A stretch of 64,000 nt of DNA from Camelus ferus. Its lineage: Eukaryota. Shown here piece by piece: positions 13,701 to 26,562 of the stretch; position 1 is the stretch's first letter; each line of letters starts with the position of its first letter. Below the pieces are notes generated by a model. It was not told the DNA's origin. It searched no databases and was given only the letters and a program-made list of their open reading frames with translations. The stretch covers positions 32,366,001 to 32,430,000 of the forward strand of contig NC_045696.1 in assembly GCF_009834535.1 (NCBI RefSeq), read 5' to 3'. A program made the translations under genes and the position numbers.

Positions 13701-14402
13701 CTAGAATTCACTTCACGTATGAGTATTTTTTAAAATTAAAATTGAATTAAAGACAATATATTTTATTGGAATTTCAAAACTCTTACTTGGAACATTCAAA
13801 AAAAGCAATAAATAATGAAATAGTATTGAGTTAGGTAGAGCATTGTAGAATGAGTTAGGGTGCTAATTTAACAAGAAAGGGTACCATATGTAAGTTTCCA
13901 TGAAAATATCCATCATTAGGTTCCTTTTCTAATAATGTGGTATAATTTAATGACATATTTCATTCAACAAAATGAATAATAGAAACTACTTATTATATTT
14001 ACTATTAAAGTTGCAACTTTAGGGCTCTTCTCTTAACTTCAGGTTTCATGATTAAACTGTGGCTTCTTTTGAACAGTGTTTTATGAGAGAATAAAATTTA
14101 AAGGAGCAACTTCATATGTTCTTTTTCTTTTTTAAACTTAAATGTAAATAAAATTAAAAAAAAAATTAGGCTAAGAGCTTGTATGATAGAAGATGTTATA
14201 TTAGAAGTTCTGATGATCAAAATAATAACTATTATTTATTTAAAATAAAAAATGTTATACTTTCATTCATTTTGTCACTTACACCTTGTGAGTCCCTTAA
14301 AATACATACTGTTAAAATCTCCTTTTCATAGAAATGAGATAGAAGTAACAATAAATTTTAAAATTCTGTCACATTGATATAACTAAAATAATTATTCTAG
14401 GA

Positions 14403-14619
14403 CAATGACACTCAACAAGGAAAAATTTGGTCCCCAAGGGAATTTTTGGTAATGTCTGGAGACGTTGTTGTTTGTCATAATTCAGGAGCAGGGATGCTCT
14501 TGGATCTAGTAGGTAGAAGTCAGCGATGTTGCTGAACATCCTACCATGCACAGGAAGGCTCCCACAACAAAGAATTATCTGGACCATAATGTCAGGGGTG
14601 CCACAGTAGAGAAACACTG
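14403..14619 (+). mobile_element. MER20 (hAT-Charlie), full length
   Basis: 'aatgtctggagac...tgctgaacatcctaccatgcacagga...cccacaacaaagaattatctgg...gagaaacactg'; 8-bp TSD ttctagga/ctctagga. Confidence 0.92.
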
Positions 14620-17135
14620 CTCTAGGATTTCAATTAGATAAAATGCTAATCAAATTGAATAATAAAAATATGCTCTGTTTAATATAAAGCAAAGCAAAAA
14701 TATGAACTTTTTTTCTACAGTAGAACCACTACTTCTCTGTGGTTTGAAACTGACTGGCATCTCATAGATGCTTCATAGTTTTCACGTAACACAAGCTCCA
14801 GTATGAAAGTTTTCTCTCTGCAGGCAGTCTCCATAGTATGATTTCTGTAGCTGCCGGCAACTTTCCCCTGACATCAGTTTGGTTCAAGGAGACAATCTTG
14901 ACAACATAGCAGATGCACACCAGGGCAGCAGACTTCCGCTTTGCTCACTCCAGTTTCAGAATTCTACATGCATTTATATTGAGACAAAAATAATAAAAGA
15001 TATTGACACACTTCCCTTTAAGTATTAATGCCTTATCTTTTCCAGTGTCAGCAATCTCTCAGTAATATAGCTTGCTCTAATGCTGATAAAGCATTTATTT
15101 TGTTTTCTGTAACTTCCTTTTGGGGTCTAGCTCATTTATTTTTAATTCATAATACTTTCCAGGATTTTATCTCATCGATTACTGTGTTTCAGATACCAGT
15201 TATCGTGATCCATATCTCTAAAAGGAAGTATATTGGAAATGAAAACGAAATTTCCCACAGTGGTGATCTATTCCTGTTTGATTACTTTTAAATTCTATCA
15301 GCATCTGCTATCATACCATTCTAATTCAGGAATTTCTTATTTAAGTTTTAAGATGATAAAACTTGCATTTGAAGTGAAATAATATTTCATTAAATCAGGA
15401 AAAATAAAAACTATATTGCTTAAAATGTATTCATGATATATCTTTATTTCAGCTAATGATATAGAGGAGGTATCAATTGGTTAAAAATATTACTATCTCT
15501 TTAAAAATTATATGAAGTACTATGTTGTCCTCAATTTTATTTTTTCATGTTTTTCCTCAAGAAATTAATTGAAAACAATATGATTTGACCCTATTAATTT
15601 TTCATGAATTGGGCTTATGAATCTCAAGATCTATTTTTCTAATCTGAACTGTGCTACATATGAGTCTTTGATCAGTCAGTCCATGAATAAAGAATGCTGT
15701 TTTCCAGAATTAAAAGGAAATGAAGCCTAAGGAGATATATTACAGAATAATAAGTTCTAAATAAAATATAAAACTCTTAACTTTCAGATCTCATTGTATA
15801 AATATTATGTATTTTTACACCAAATAATGTGTATTCCTGTTATATTTTTCACACTTATAGTATGAAGCAGTATTTTATATAAAGCATTTATCCTAAATCA
15901 TATGCATGATTTGATAAACTAGAATCTGTAAGTTTTTCCCATGCTCAAAATATTATTTACATATATATGCCCAGTGAACAGAAATATCAAGAATTGTATA
16001 ATAAATTCCATCTAGAGTTAAATATTGCTTTATGGAAACAACTAATTTATCTAAGAGTCAAAGCACATTCCAAAATACTTAATAGTTGCAATATAATATA
16101 AATGTCTTCCATCAAGTTTATGAATCTCAATAATTATATGATAATATTATTCAATATTATGTGAAAAAAAAATCACTCTCTAAAGTAGCCAGTTTTGTTT
16201 GCCTCTTATGTTTTAGAAAGCGGGTCCTGTTCTTTTTCCCTCAAGATGTCATTTTAGTTGTTGTCATCTTTCAATCATGTCTTCATCTTCCACGCAAAAC
16301 TCAAGGCAAGGGTTTCAAGCTCTGCACTTGAACATGCATCTTATGTAGAGGAATGCTTTCTAATTCACAGTCTGTAGTGCTCCTCACAAGGAGTCTACAC
16401 CTTTGGTGAAAAGTGTTTCATTTTTACCTGTTGGCAGCCTGATGACACAAAGTATTTGCTCATAATGCCACAATCCCTCGCCTGTGAATTGTCACCAGGC
16501 TCAGGAAATTGTTAGTAGAAATGTCCATTCTGAAAGTGTAAATAAATAAGTATGCAAAAATAATGGGGAAAATAGTATATTGGTTTCTGTTCTGTAAATG
16601 ACATCTTTAGTTGTTTTGTTCTGTTTAAGTTTTTCCTTTATTCCTTTCCTTTATAAAGAAATCTCTATCTTTAAACAGAGCTCTTAAAAGTAGCCTCCAA
16701 GACAAATCATTGAGACCCATTATGATGATGTGGAAATTCAGATGAAGCCCACATTAGAACAGAGGCAAGAAGCTGTTGGATGGGATAAGAAGTTCAAACT
16801 TGTCCAATGAAGACTAATCCTGAAAAAAAAAAAAGAAATCCCTTGCATATCCAGACACTTTGAGAAAACAGTAACAATCAATATTGACTCCAAGAACAAC
16901 TATTATTGTTCTCTCATTCTGATGATTTATCTCTGCCTGAGTTTCTCCAAGTCTATGGATTGGTCCTGCCCATTTTAACACTTCATACACATCCAACAAA
17001 GCAATTTTCCCTTTTTATTTCAGCTTTCTTAGCCTTTCTAATCCTGATTCCCCATAGCCTGGATATTCTTGAAAAGTTGTTTGTACTTGCTTTCTTCACT
17101 TGTCACTCACTCTGAAATCTGATGCAATCTCTACC

Positions 17136-17964
17136 TGTGATTTAGTAAGAAATATCTATTTAGTCTTTGTTCCAGGTTCCTGGTATAAAGCTTCTAAAAT
17201 CCTTAGAATTTCCTGCGTGGTAGGGGTAATAGGAGCATCTTTTGCTATTAATAACTAGCCCCTTTCAACCAAACCTGAGCTTGTGCTAAGCAGGTGAAAT
17301 GCCAGAGGAACCAACCACGTGATTGGAGGGTTCACATTTTTAGACCCAAGGATGGAAGATGGACTAGGCATCAAGTCAATCATCAATAGCTAAAGATTTA
17401 ATCAGTCATGCCTACGTAACAGGAACTCCACAAAAACCCTAAATGAAGAGATTTGGAGAGCTTCCAGGTTGTTGAATACCTTCCGTTGAGAGGCTGATTC
17501 TCTTGGAGGGCATGGAAACTCCACACCCCTTACCACTTCATTGCCATATGTGTGTTTTTCTATTTAGTGGTTCCTGAATTATATTCTTTATAATAAACTG
17601 CTAATAGTAAGTACAGTGCTTTTCTGAGTTCTGTGGCCTCTTATAGCAAATTATCCACCCCAAAGAAGGGGTCATGGCAACCTATGGTTTATAGCGAGTC
17701 AGTCAAAAGTTCAGGAGACCCAGACCTATGACTGACATCTGAAATGCGAGGCAGGCTTGTGGGACTTGGCCCTTAACCTGAGGGGTTCTGTGCTAACTCT
17801 GGATAATTAGTTCCAGAACTGAATTGTCAGACACCAAATTGATAGTGTCCCAAGAGTTGGAGAATTGGTTGGTATGAGAGAAGAACACACATACTTGGTG
17901 TCAGAAATGTTGTGAGTAGAGAGAGAGAAATAGGATTCCTTTTAGTCGATATTTTTCTTTACCA
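17136..17964 (+). mobile_element. MER21-type solo LTR nested in an L2 fragment
   Basis: Starts tgtga. Contains 'accaaccacgtgattggagggtt', 'tttataataaactg...agtaagt...ttttctgagttctgtg', 'gcccttaacctg...tgtgctaactct' and 'ttggtgtcagaa'. Confidence 0.85.
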
Positions 17965-18094
17965 CCCTCTACCCATTCCTCCAAAAAGACTTCACCAAGC
18001 ATATCCACAATTTCCTTTTGACTGGATGCAAAGGGAATCCCTAAGACCTTACTTAAACTTTTTGACAGCATTTAATTTTAATTTTTATATATAT

Positions 18095-18136
<42 letters not shown>

Positions 18137-18510
18137 CTTGAAATATCTATCTTGAAATTCTATCCCTTTAACTCCTTTATCTAGGTGTTTTCTTAGCATT
18201 CCTCTTAATTGTCTTAATACTGCTTTTTGTTCTCATGTGCAGGCTGCACTGTCTTCTGCTCTGTTATACTGGTGTTCCTCCAGATTGTGTCATAGCTGTC
18301 ATCACCTATCACTCAATAGTTCAGATCTCACTCATGACCTGTGTAGCCCACTGCCTATCTGACAATTCAGCTTGCACATACCTTGGAGATTTAAAGACCT
18401 GTCCAAGTCTAAACAAATCCTCCTACCTTCCTACCACCTCTCTGTGTTTAATGAGCCTCTCTCTGGATCCCATTTTTACTACCAAAATAAGCAATTACAA
18501 AATCATATCA
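17965..18510 (+). mobile_element. L2 LINE fragment (continues 17060-17135 on the other side of the LTR)
   Basis: Pyrimidine-rich decayed L2 ORF2 pattern ('tgacagcattt', 'tggtgttcctcca', 'cagatctc...cccactgccta...gaca...cttg'). Confidence 0.55.
18086..18132. repeat. (TA)n microsatellite
   Basis: Direct reading. Confidence 0.95.
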
Positions 18511-18540
18511 ATTCTACCTATGACATATTACTAGAATCAT

Positions 18541-18574
<34 letters not shown>

Positions 18575-18924
18575 AAATATATAAATATATATATATATAT
18601 ATAGAAAATCTCTCTCTCTTTCATAATAAAGCTAAAAGCAATAGCATCATAACTAGATTTCCTTGCTCCAATATTCTTGCCAACTATTTTGATTCCTCTA
18701 GAAAAGTCACAATGGTCTTTCTGAAGTACAAGCCTGATTAAACCAGCTTTCAGTGCTTCCCAGAGTCACCTGTATATGGCAATATGAGGATAATGGTAGT
18801 TGAGAGAATAAGGTTGTTGACAGTATGATATGAAATAATCTAAGTCTATTTCCTAATATAGAATCTAGCGTGCAGAAGATGATCAGTAAGACTGACTGTG
18901 CTGCTGTCAATAATGCCAATGTAT

Positions 18925-19060
18925 CTATATTTCTGTCTACACCCCATTAGCCTTAGTAGCAAGAGGACAGAGACTTCAGTCTCTTCTATGTCTTCTGTGC
19001 CTATCAGAGTACTGGCTCAAATTAGTACTCCAGACATATTTGCTCAATCAATAGATAACA
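18925..19060 (+). mobile_element. L2 3' end
   Basis: 'gaggacagagact...gcctatcagagtactggctcaaattagtactc...atatttgctcaatcaat'. Confidence 0.6.
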
Positions 19061-19061
19061 A

Positions 19062-19292
19062 GAACAATAGAGATTTGTGTGAGACCTTATTGTTTGCAAA
19101 GTGTTTTCACTTTTTTCCCTCTTTATAAGAAAAAGGAAAATATACTTATTACTCTTACTAGCAGTGTATGGGACTAAGGTTCAAAATATTTGAGTCATGT
19201 ATGCGAAGTCACAGAGCTCTTAAGTAACAGAACCAAGTATCAAAATCAAGTCTGTTAGATCCTCAGCCCTTTACTCTGTTTCCGCCTACTAC
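19062..19292 (-). mobile_element. MIR SINE
   Basis: 'gggactaaggttcaaa...gaagtcacagagct...aagtaacagaaccaagtatcaaaatcaagtctgt'. Confidence 0.6.
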
Positions 19293-19982
19293 CTTGACTC
19301 TTCTTAATGGCTGTATCAGTTAAATCCAGTCCTGCTGAGTCTTGACAAGGACTTTGTGTATGGTCTGAAAACAACACCCAAAATAAATCATAGCCTTTCG
19401 AGCTGTTCTTCTCCAGAAATGGTAGTGAATGAGATAGGGACCAAAAAAGCACTTTCTTTAAAAAAATACATTGTCTAAATAAAATATGACAAGTTGTTTT
19501 TTGCATAAATTGTCCCTAGGTTATTTTAAACGTAATCCCCCAAATATATCACCTGGACATAATATTTTAAATGAGCATGACTCTATGTTGAAAGAGGAAT
19601 TGCTTTGTATTCTCCTAACATATTGTTTTATATTCACCTTGGCTGTATTCCAATTTACACTTGCAGATGTCTATATTTAAAAACATTCTGTGAGCATCTT
19701 CTCCCTAGTTCCACTGTCCCAGCTTCCACGGAAATTGGAGCATCAAGTCTGGCCTTTGAAGTCAGCAGCAGTGTCACAGTCTTATTTCCCATTAATTAAC
19801 TGTGTGTTCAGTTTATCTCAATGTGCTCTCTTCTGTCAGCTCTGCGAGCCCTTGCCCTCTGCTGCTGGTTCTGCACAGAGCAAGAGTCTACATAAAATTA
19901 AAAATCAAAGCAGGAAGGTTTAAACTTTGCCTGATTTTTCTTACCTGGAAAAGTCTAGCAACACAGGCTGCTTTATGTTCTA

Positions 19983-20218
19983 TATAGAATGGTAGCAAAA
20001 ACACAAGCTATTGAGGCAGAGAGATGTGGTTTTGAATCATAGTCACCAACCAGCTCTCATGTTGAGGATGTCTTGTAACCTCTCTAATTTTCAGGATCCT
20101 CTTCTGTAGGAAAACAAACAAACAAACAAACAAAAACACCCCTTCCATAGAATTGTTTTCAGATATCAGAACTAAATGAGTTAATAAATCTTGAATGTTA
20201 AGCATAAGTCTGGCATAT
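19983..20218 (+). mobile_element. MIR SINE with internal (CAAA)n
   Basis: 'tatagaatggtagcaa...gaggcagagaga...ttttgaatc...taacctctcta...cctcttctgta...catagaattgttt...aaatgagttaata...tctggcata'. Confidence 0.65.
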
Positions 20219-20233
20219 GATCTTCAAAAGATT

Positions 20234-20355
20234 TCTCCCTTTCTCCCTTTCATTTCTCCCTTTCTCTCTCTCTCTCTCACCCTCCATCTTTCCTTCCTTC
20301 CTTCCTATTTTTTCCTTTTCTTCCTCCCTTCTTTCCTTCCCTCCTCCTTATCTCT
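20234..20355. repeat. Polypyrimidine low-complexity tract (CT/CCTT-rich)
   Basis: Direct reading. Confidence 0.9.
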
Positions 20356-21895
20356 TGAGTAAATTTTTCTATTTTTTCCACTCTCTCTTTGTGGATTTTA
20401 ATATCAACGAATCACTTTTCTAATCCACGAAGTAAAGAGTGAATGTCTACCTTGGATAGGTTGTCACTTAATTTTCCATCAGGTGACCTGATTTTAAAAC
20501 TCAGTCTATGCCCCACTGTGTTCCAGTGATTGAGTCAGCATTGAGATTCAGATAAATGACAAAGGGCCTTTCTTTAAGGGACTTAACAAGTTGCTCTCAA
20601 TAGCAAATATACGAATTAGAATTTGAGTCTAGAGTTAAACATGTAAGAAAATGATTGATGACAACTTAGACCTCGTATTTGAAAAGTAATAAAGTTTTAT
20701 TATTGAATCAACAGAAGTTTAAGTAGGAATGATACAATATGTCCTCTCTTAACCTTCTCTGTCTTCATCCATCCCCTCCTCTTTTTCAATAACCTGTGTT
20801 TCAAGGCTAAAATAACATGACAAATATCTCTCAGAGACTGAGACAATTTCAATAACTGAGTAAGTAATCTTTGATTTCAAGTGTTTTGTATATATTCGAG
20901 TAAATCTAAAATCTCTATTGTTTTTCTAGTGAAATGTAAGTATTTCAGAAATTAAAAATAAATGTAAAGTTAGGAAAATGGAAATTCAGTTTATTTTTTT
21001 TTTTCCATTTAAGAGTAGTTGTAATGGTCAGAACACAACAAGTATGCAAGGATATATTGACTGACTTGAGTCTCATGGAAAGTGTACTCTTAGTATACTG
21101 ATCTTTCTTGTAGGAAATATGATAGAATGGCTTTTAAAATGACCTGAGTTTATTTCCAGTTAAGCCAATGAAATAGCCCATAGGTTTAAGGAGTTAAACC
21201 TATTTTTAAAGGCAAATCAATAATTTTGAGTTTATTTTCAATATCTACAAATTCTATAAAATCAATAATTGTATCAATTTTGAAAAATAAAATAACTGCA
21301 GTGAATCTTGGAATGATTCTTCACAATGAATTTAAGTTTGGCCAATTTGACAGAATGTCAAGATTATTTACCTCTTTCTGTGGTAAATGCTTAATAGAAA
21401 AGGTTAGTGCCCACCTCCACCCTGCCCGGGACTACCCCAGGAAGGAGGCCAATAGTCCGCTCATGTCCACAGGCTTATGTTTTTAGGAAATTTAAGCATT
21501 GAAGCTGTTGTGCTTTTGCCATGGTTTAAATAGAAATATATGTTAGCTTGGTGGTGGTGGTAATTAAATCCGTTCTATAGCTTTTCATAGTATAAACACA
21601 ATTACCAAAGAAAGTGAGAAGAAATAAGAATAATGGATGATTACAAAATTCCACAAAAAGTTTGGATTGATTTATGTCTGGAACAAGATATTAGGGTTGA
21701 TAACTAAATGTCTTTTATTTTGTAATTTTGTTTGTAATCTCAGGTCACAAAATGTTTCCTTCTGCCTTTTCAACTAAAATTAAACAAGTTGCTGTAGGGT
21801 GAGAGGAATTGCTTTGTCGTGGCTTATAGTTCTGTACTTCTGCACTTCTAAAGTTTCAGTCTTTTAAAAGTGTGACTTAATAAAGAAGGAATCAT

Positions 21896-22033
21896 TCTCT
21901 CTGTCTCTTGTTCTCTCTCTCTCTCTCTGTGTATATATGTACATACGCACACACACACACACACGTATCTATATTTATAAATATATAAAATAAACATTTT
22001 TTCATTATATATAAACTATATGTTTTAAATGTT

Positions 22034-22097
<64 letters not shown>

Positions 22098-22111
22098 AAT
22101 ATATATAAAAT
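21896..22111. repeat. Compound microsatellite region: (TC)n, (CA)n and a long (TA)n at ~22039-22092
   Basis: Direct reading. Confidence 0.95.
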
Positions 22112-23329
22112 GAATCAATTGTCCTGTAGGCTAAATTTAAAACCAGTGATAATGACCAGATAGTTTATCAAATGATAACAATTGTTTTCTACTGATAATG
22201 TATTGCAAATCCTAATTTTATTTCTAAATTGTATTTAGCTTGTTCTTCGGTAATTCATATGCCATCTCATGACTGTGAATTACACTTCTAGTCTGAAGTA
22301 TGTAAAAACTATTCTAAAAGTAGCCATTTGAAATTGTCCTCTTGGCAGCTAATTTAGGCATTCGCACGGCCCCTTGTAATCCCCAGTATTCTCAATTTAC
22401 TTTACCAGCTAAACTTAAGGCATAATATTAAGTTACATGGCAATCTTTTTTAAACCTTCTAGATGAATCTCTGAGTATTGTTTTAAGTCAGACTCCTTTC
22501 TATATCCTTGAAGAGAGGAATTAGCCTTCTAGTCATTGTTTTTAGCTAAGTGTTTAAAATTGGTGAAATAGTGCAATTCTGCAGTTCTCTGGTAAAGAGT
22601 AACGCGGCTCTCATGACCGGTGGTATCTCTGAAACCCTTAGTGATATCTGATATCTGATATCTTACAGGTCAAAACTGTTGTGACCCTAACAAAACAAAA
22701 CAAAACAAAACCCTAAGGATCTTTAAACGATAAAAAGGCTTTTGGTATATTTATGTATGATTCTAACATGTACTGTTTTTCTAAAAATGAATTAGAGGGG
22801 GAAAAGGTCACTATGACTTTAATTTAAGTAAGTCTTTGCTTGTATAAGCTGGAATTAAAATGAAAATTTCCAAGTTGGTCTGCCAACGTGCCTCATCTTT
22901 CCTGGGATTTTCTGACAATAATTGCAAACTCTGAAATCGACAGCTCAACCAATGACAACTTTTGGGTTTTTTCCACATTTCCAAATCGCACTGGATACAG
23001 CAGAACGATCAAATTATGACAGGCTTTTCTCTTCCAAATCAATCAAATTTTAACACAGAAATTTCCTCAAGTGTCACAAATTCTGAAGTAGAAAGGATTA
23101 AATTTTGGATGTTGCAAGCTCAAATCAGCAAATGAAATTTTATCCTTGAACATCTAAATCAATAATTAAAATATTTAGTAGATAGACTGAACCTTGAAAA
23201 TATTAAGTTTAAAGAAAGCCTCCTCAGGAGATTTGTATAGATAGATAGACATCAATTGATTTGGTATTATTTCCATGGCAGTACAAAAATATTCATATTA
23301 GTCTATAATTTTATATAACCACAGCCTGA

Positions 23330-23646
23330 TGTTATGGATTGAATTATATCCCCCTTTTCCCAAAAAGATATCTTGCAGTCCTAAAACTCATTATCTCACA
23401 TTGTGACCAGAGGTAATTTGATCACAAAGACTGCACACACAGAAGGAAGACTATGCAAAGACACAGGGAGAAGGCAGTCTTCTACAAGCTAAAAGGAGAA
23501 ATGCAGTTCTCAAAAGTCCTCCAGAACCAATCCTGTCAATGCTTTGATTCAGACTTTCAGCCTCCAAAAATGTCACAATAAATGTTTGTTGTTTAAGCCA
23601 CCTAGTTTGTGGTAATTTATCATGGAGGCTGTAAAAAGCAAATACA
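23330..23646 (+). mobile_element. MaLR solo LTR (MLT1B-like, internally deleted)
   Basis: 'tgttatggattgaatt...agacacagggagaaggcag...cagacttt cagcctcca...aataaatgtttgttgtttaagccacctagtttgtggtaattt...aataca'. Confidence 0.88.
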
Positions 23647-25361
23647 CACATTTATTTTTCTTAAATTCCAAAATGATCTATATAAATACGTATAAATATA
23701 CACATATATTACATGTATTAATTACATAACAATATAAACTATATTTAAATGCAAATACATGAAATATTTTATGTATTTCATAAATTCAACTAGTAATTCT
23801 TAAACCATTTAGAATTTAATATTTTCCTTAAAAATATGTTTTGTGACAACAAATGACAACATGCAATTCTGGATTAGCTGTTTTGAAAAAAAAATAAGGC
23901 ATATTTGAGAATTAGAGTTTTAGTTTTCATGCTTAGTAATATTTAACAGCTCTTATCTATCTTTAAAAATACAAAAATCAATTTTCTTGACTGCTGTTTA
24001 GGAGATAACTAATTTCTCACAGTTCTCTTGATTAAATTCATCTTGAGGATATTATTTTAATATATGGTAGAAATAAAGTCATTCCTAATGCTATTTCATG
24101 TTCACATAAGAGAAACCCTACATTTTCAAAGAATTGCTAGATTTTTTTTTTTTTTTTTTTTTTGGTGTCTGGACTCACAAGGATCTCCTTAACATCAAGA
24201 AATATTTGGGCCACTAACCAGCAGTTTGAACTTGGCTACTTCACCTAACCTCTCAGTCTGTTTTTCTGTTACACTGTAGGAATGTTGAACTAGACATACT
24301 GCTCTCTCTCTTTTGAACTCTCGTAAGACTTACCATCTCTACCAATAATGTCACATTTTTTGTATTATTATGATTTATTTAACCTTGTTTAAACTTTTGT
24401 ATGTTTTTAACTTTCAAATATTTTTAAAGTACTGGAGATGGCAAATGAATTTAAAATTTTTATTGCAGTCTTCCAGCAACACTGGTACCACTGGAGTGTA
24501 CATATTTTATTTTTTTGTGTATTCATTTCTATATTGCCTGATGCATTTTTTCTAATATGCATACAGTAAGTTAGCTGAAATATAAAAAATAAAAATATAC
24601 CTGGATTTTCCCCAAAAAGGAAAAGTCTTTATAAATACATCCCAACTTATTAAAAAAAAACACTTCTGAAATTTGACAACAATAAATTTGGGGGGATGTT
24701 TACATGAAATTATAATGCTATATAATAGGAATATTTTTGTTTCCTACCACAAATAATACCAAATCAATTTCATATTTTTTCACCAACAAAATCAATTTAT
24801 GAAAATTTATTAGACACCATGTGATTGGATAAAATAGTAAGCATGGATATGTTAACATTTTAAAAAGGCAATAATTAAATTCATATGAATCATTTATATT
24901 TAGGATGCTAAAGCAGCTTTCTTAGGCTGTAGAAAAAGAGTTTAAAGCTAAGTAGGGAGTTCTATTCTGTTTGACCCACAACGTTGGTAGAAGTAAGTAA
25001 GATTTCAGAATTCCTTTTATCCTTCTAGCTTTTTATGTAATATTTTTTGACTTAAGATTATTTAAAGAAATTAAATATATATATGTATCTTTCAGTATTT
25101 TTTTTCTTTTTAAAGAAAATTTAAACCTTGAGATTTAACCAAAAAAGGCCTATGAGAAATTTAAGACTTTAAAAATATACTTCTATTCTGGTCTTGGGAG
25201 TATAAATATTGCATTTTATTATTAAGCAAGGCTATTTTAAAATGAAATGATAAGAAATTATTTTGGTCACATTAAGTGGTTCAGTGAATTCCTGATGCAG
25301 TTGTCAATAAATATATCATTAGGAAATATGATATATTTTTAAATTACCAAAATGTAAACCT

Positions 25362-26230
25362 GTCAGTGGAGTCTTTTAAACAAATGATCTAAAACTGTTA
25401 GATATCTGTGTCTTAAAAAGGAAATTGACCTATACCTTACCCTGTGCAAAAAAAAAAAGACTAAGTCAAACCTAAAATAAACACAAAAATTCTGACTACC
25501 ATAAGAAGTTTGTTTTCTATATCTATGAGTCTGTAATGAAAAAGGATATGAAAAGGAATCACTATGCTGTAAACCAGAAATTAACACAACATTGTAAACT
25601 GACCATACATCAATTAAAAAAAAAATTCTGGAAAAACATAGGGAAAATATATTTTAGCTTTATGTGATAAAAGACATATTCAGAATATGTATTTTTAAAA
25701 ACTCTCAAAATAATAAGAAATGAAACAAACTATTTAAAAAATATTTGAGCAGACAACTTTAAAATTTTGACTGTTATAAAAGGTTCTTCATAGTAAATGT
25801 TTATAAGCAAAATGGAGGAACTGAAATATTCATACATTGCTAATGGGAATGTAAAATGTTCCAACAACTTTGGCAGTTTCGTAAAAGGTTAAATACACAT
25901 TCTCTATGTGACCCAGCTCTTTCACACTTATTATTAACTGAAGAGAAAAGAGTTATTTATACAATTTTCAATACAAAGCTGTGTATACAAATGTTCATAG
26001 CAGTTTTATTTGTATTAGCCCCAAACTGGAAATAATCCAGATGTCCATCAACAGGTGAAAAGTTTATCCAGACAATAGAATACTACTCAGCAATATAAGG
26101 GCACAAAAAACTTTAGAAGGTAATGAATATATTCATTATCTAGATTGTGGTCATTATTTCATGGGTGTATGTTGATTGTGCAGTTTGAATCTGTATAGTT
26201 TATTCTGTTGATTCTATCTCAATAAAGCTC
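25362..26230 (+). mobile_element. Old L1 (L1MC/MD-like) ORF2 end plus 3' UTR, fragmented
   Basis: 'ttcatacattgctaatgggaatgtaaaatg', 'caaatgttcatagcagttttatttgta...ccccaaactggaaataatccagatgtccatcaacaggtga', ending 'ctcaataaagct'. Confidence 0.85.
25495..25620 (+). mobile_element. Short young L1 3'-end insertion with 5' inversion and 10-bp TSD
   Basis: TSD aaaaattctg at 25485-25494 and 25621-25630. Antisense 3' UTR piece at 25495-25533, then sense 'taatgaaaaagga...gctgtaaaccagaaattaacacaacattgtaaactgaccatacatcaatt' plus an A tail. Confidence 0.85.
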
Positions 26231-26399
26231 TTCACAAAGACAGCAAAATTTTTGTGTATACTGCCATCTACTTTGCTACACTGCTTCTAATGTCACTGCA
26301 ATTATGCCACAGAAAAACTGCATATATCCTGTTATCACACAAATATGGATTTGTGTGTGTGTATATATACACACACACACATTCATATATGTGTTAATT

Positions 26400-26562
26400 C
26401 TAACTTAAGCCCCTGACCACAGCATCAGAACTAGTTGAGACACTTATTTAATGTAAAAAGTTCTAGGTCCAACCCTGGTCTATTAATTTAATGTTAGACA
26501 ATATATTTCTAGCAAACATTCCACATGACTCTTCTGAACAGTTCAGTTTGAGAACCACTAAT
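26400..26562. mobile_element. MER5-like hAT DNA transposon
   Basis: 'cagcatcagaa...ttctaggtccaaccc...caaacattccacatgactct...agtttgagaaccact'. Confidence 0.65.
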
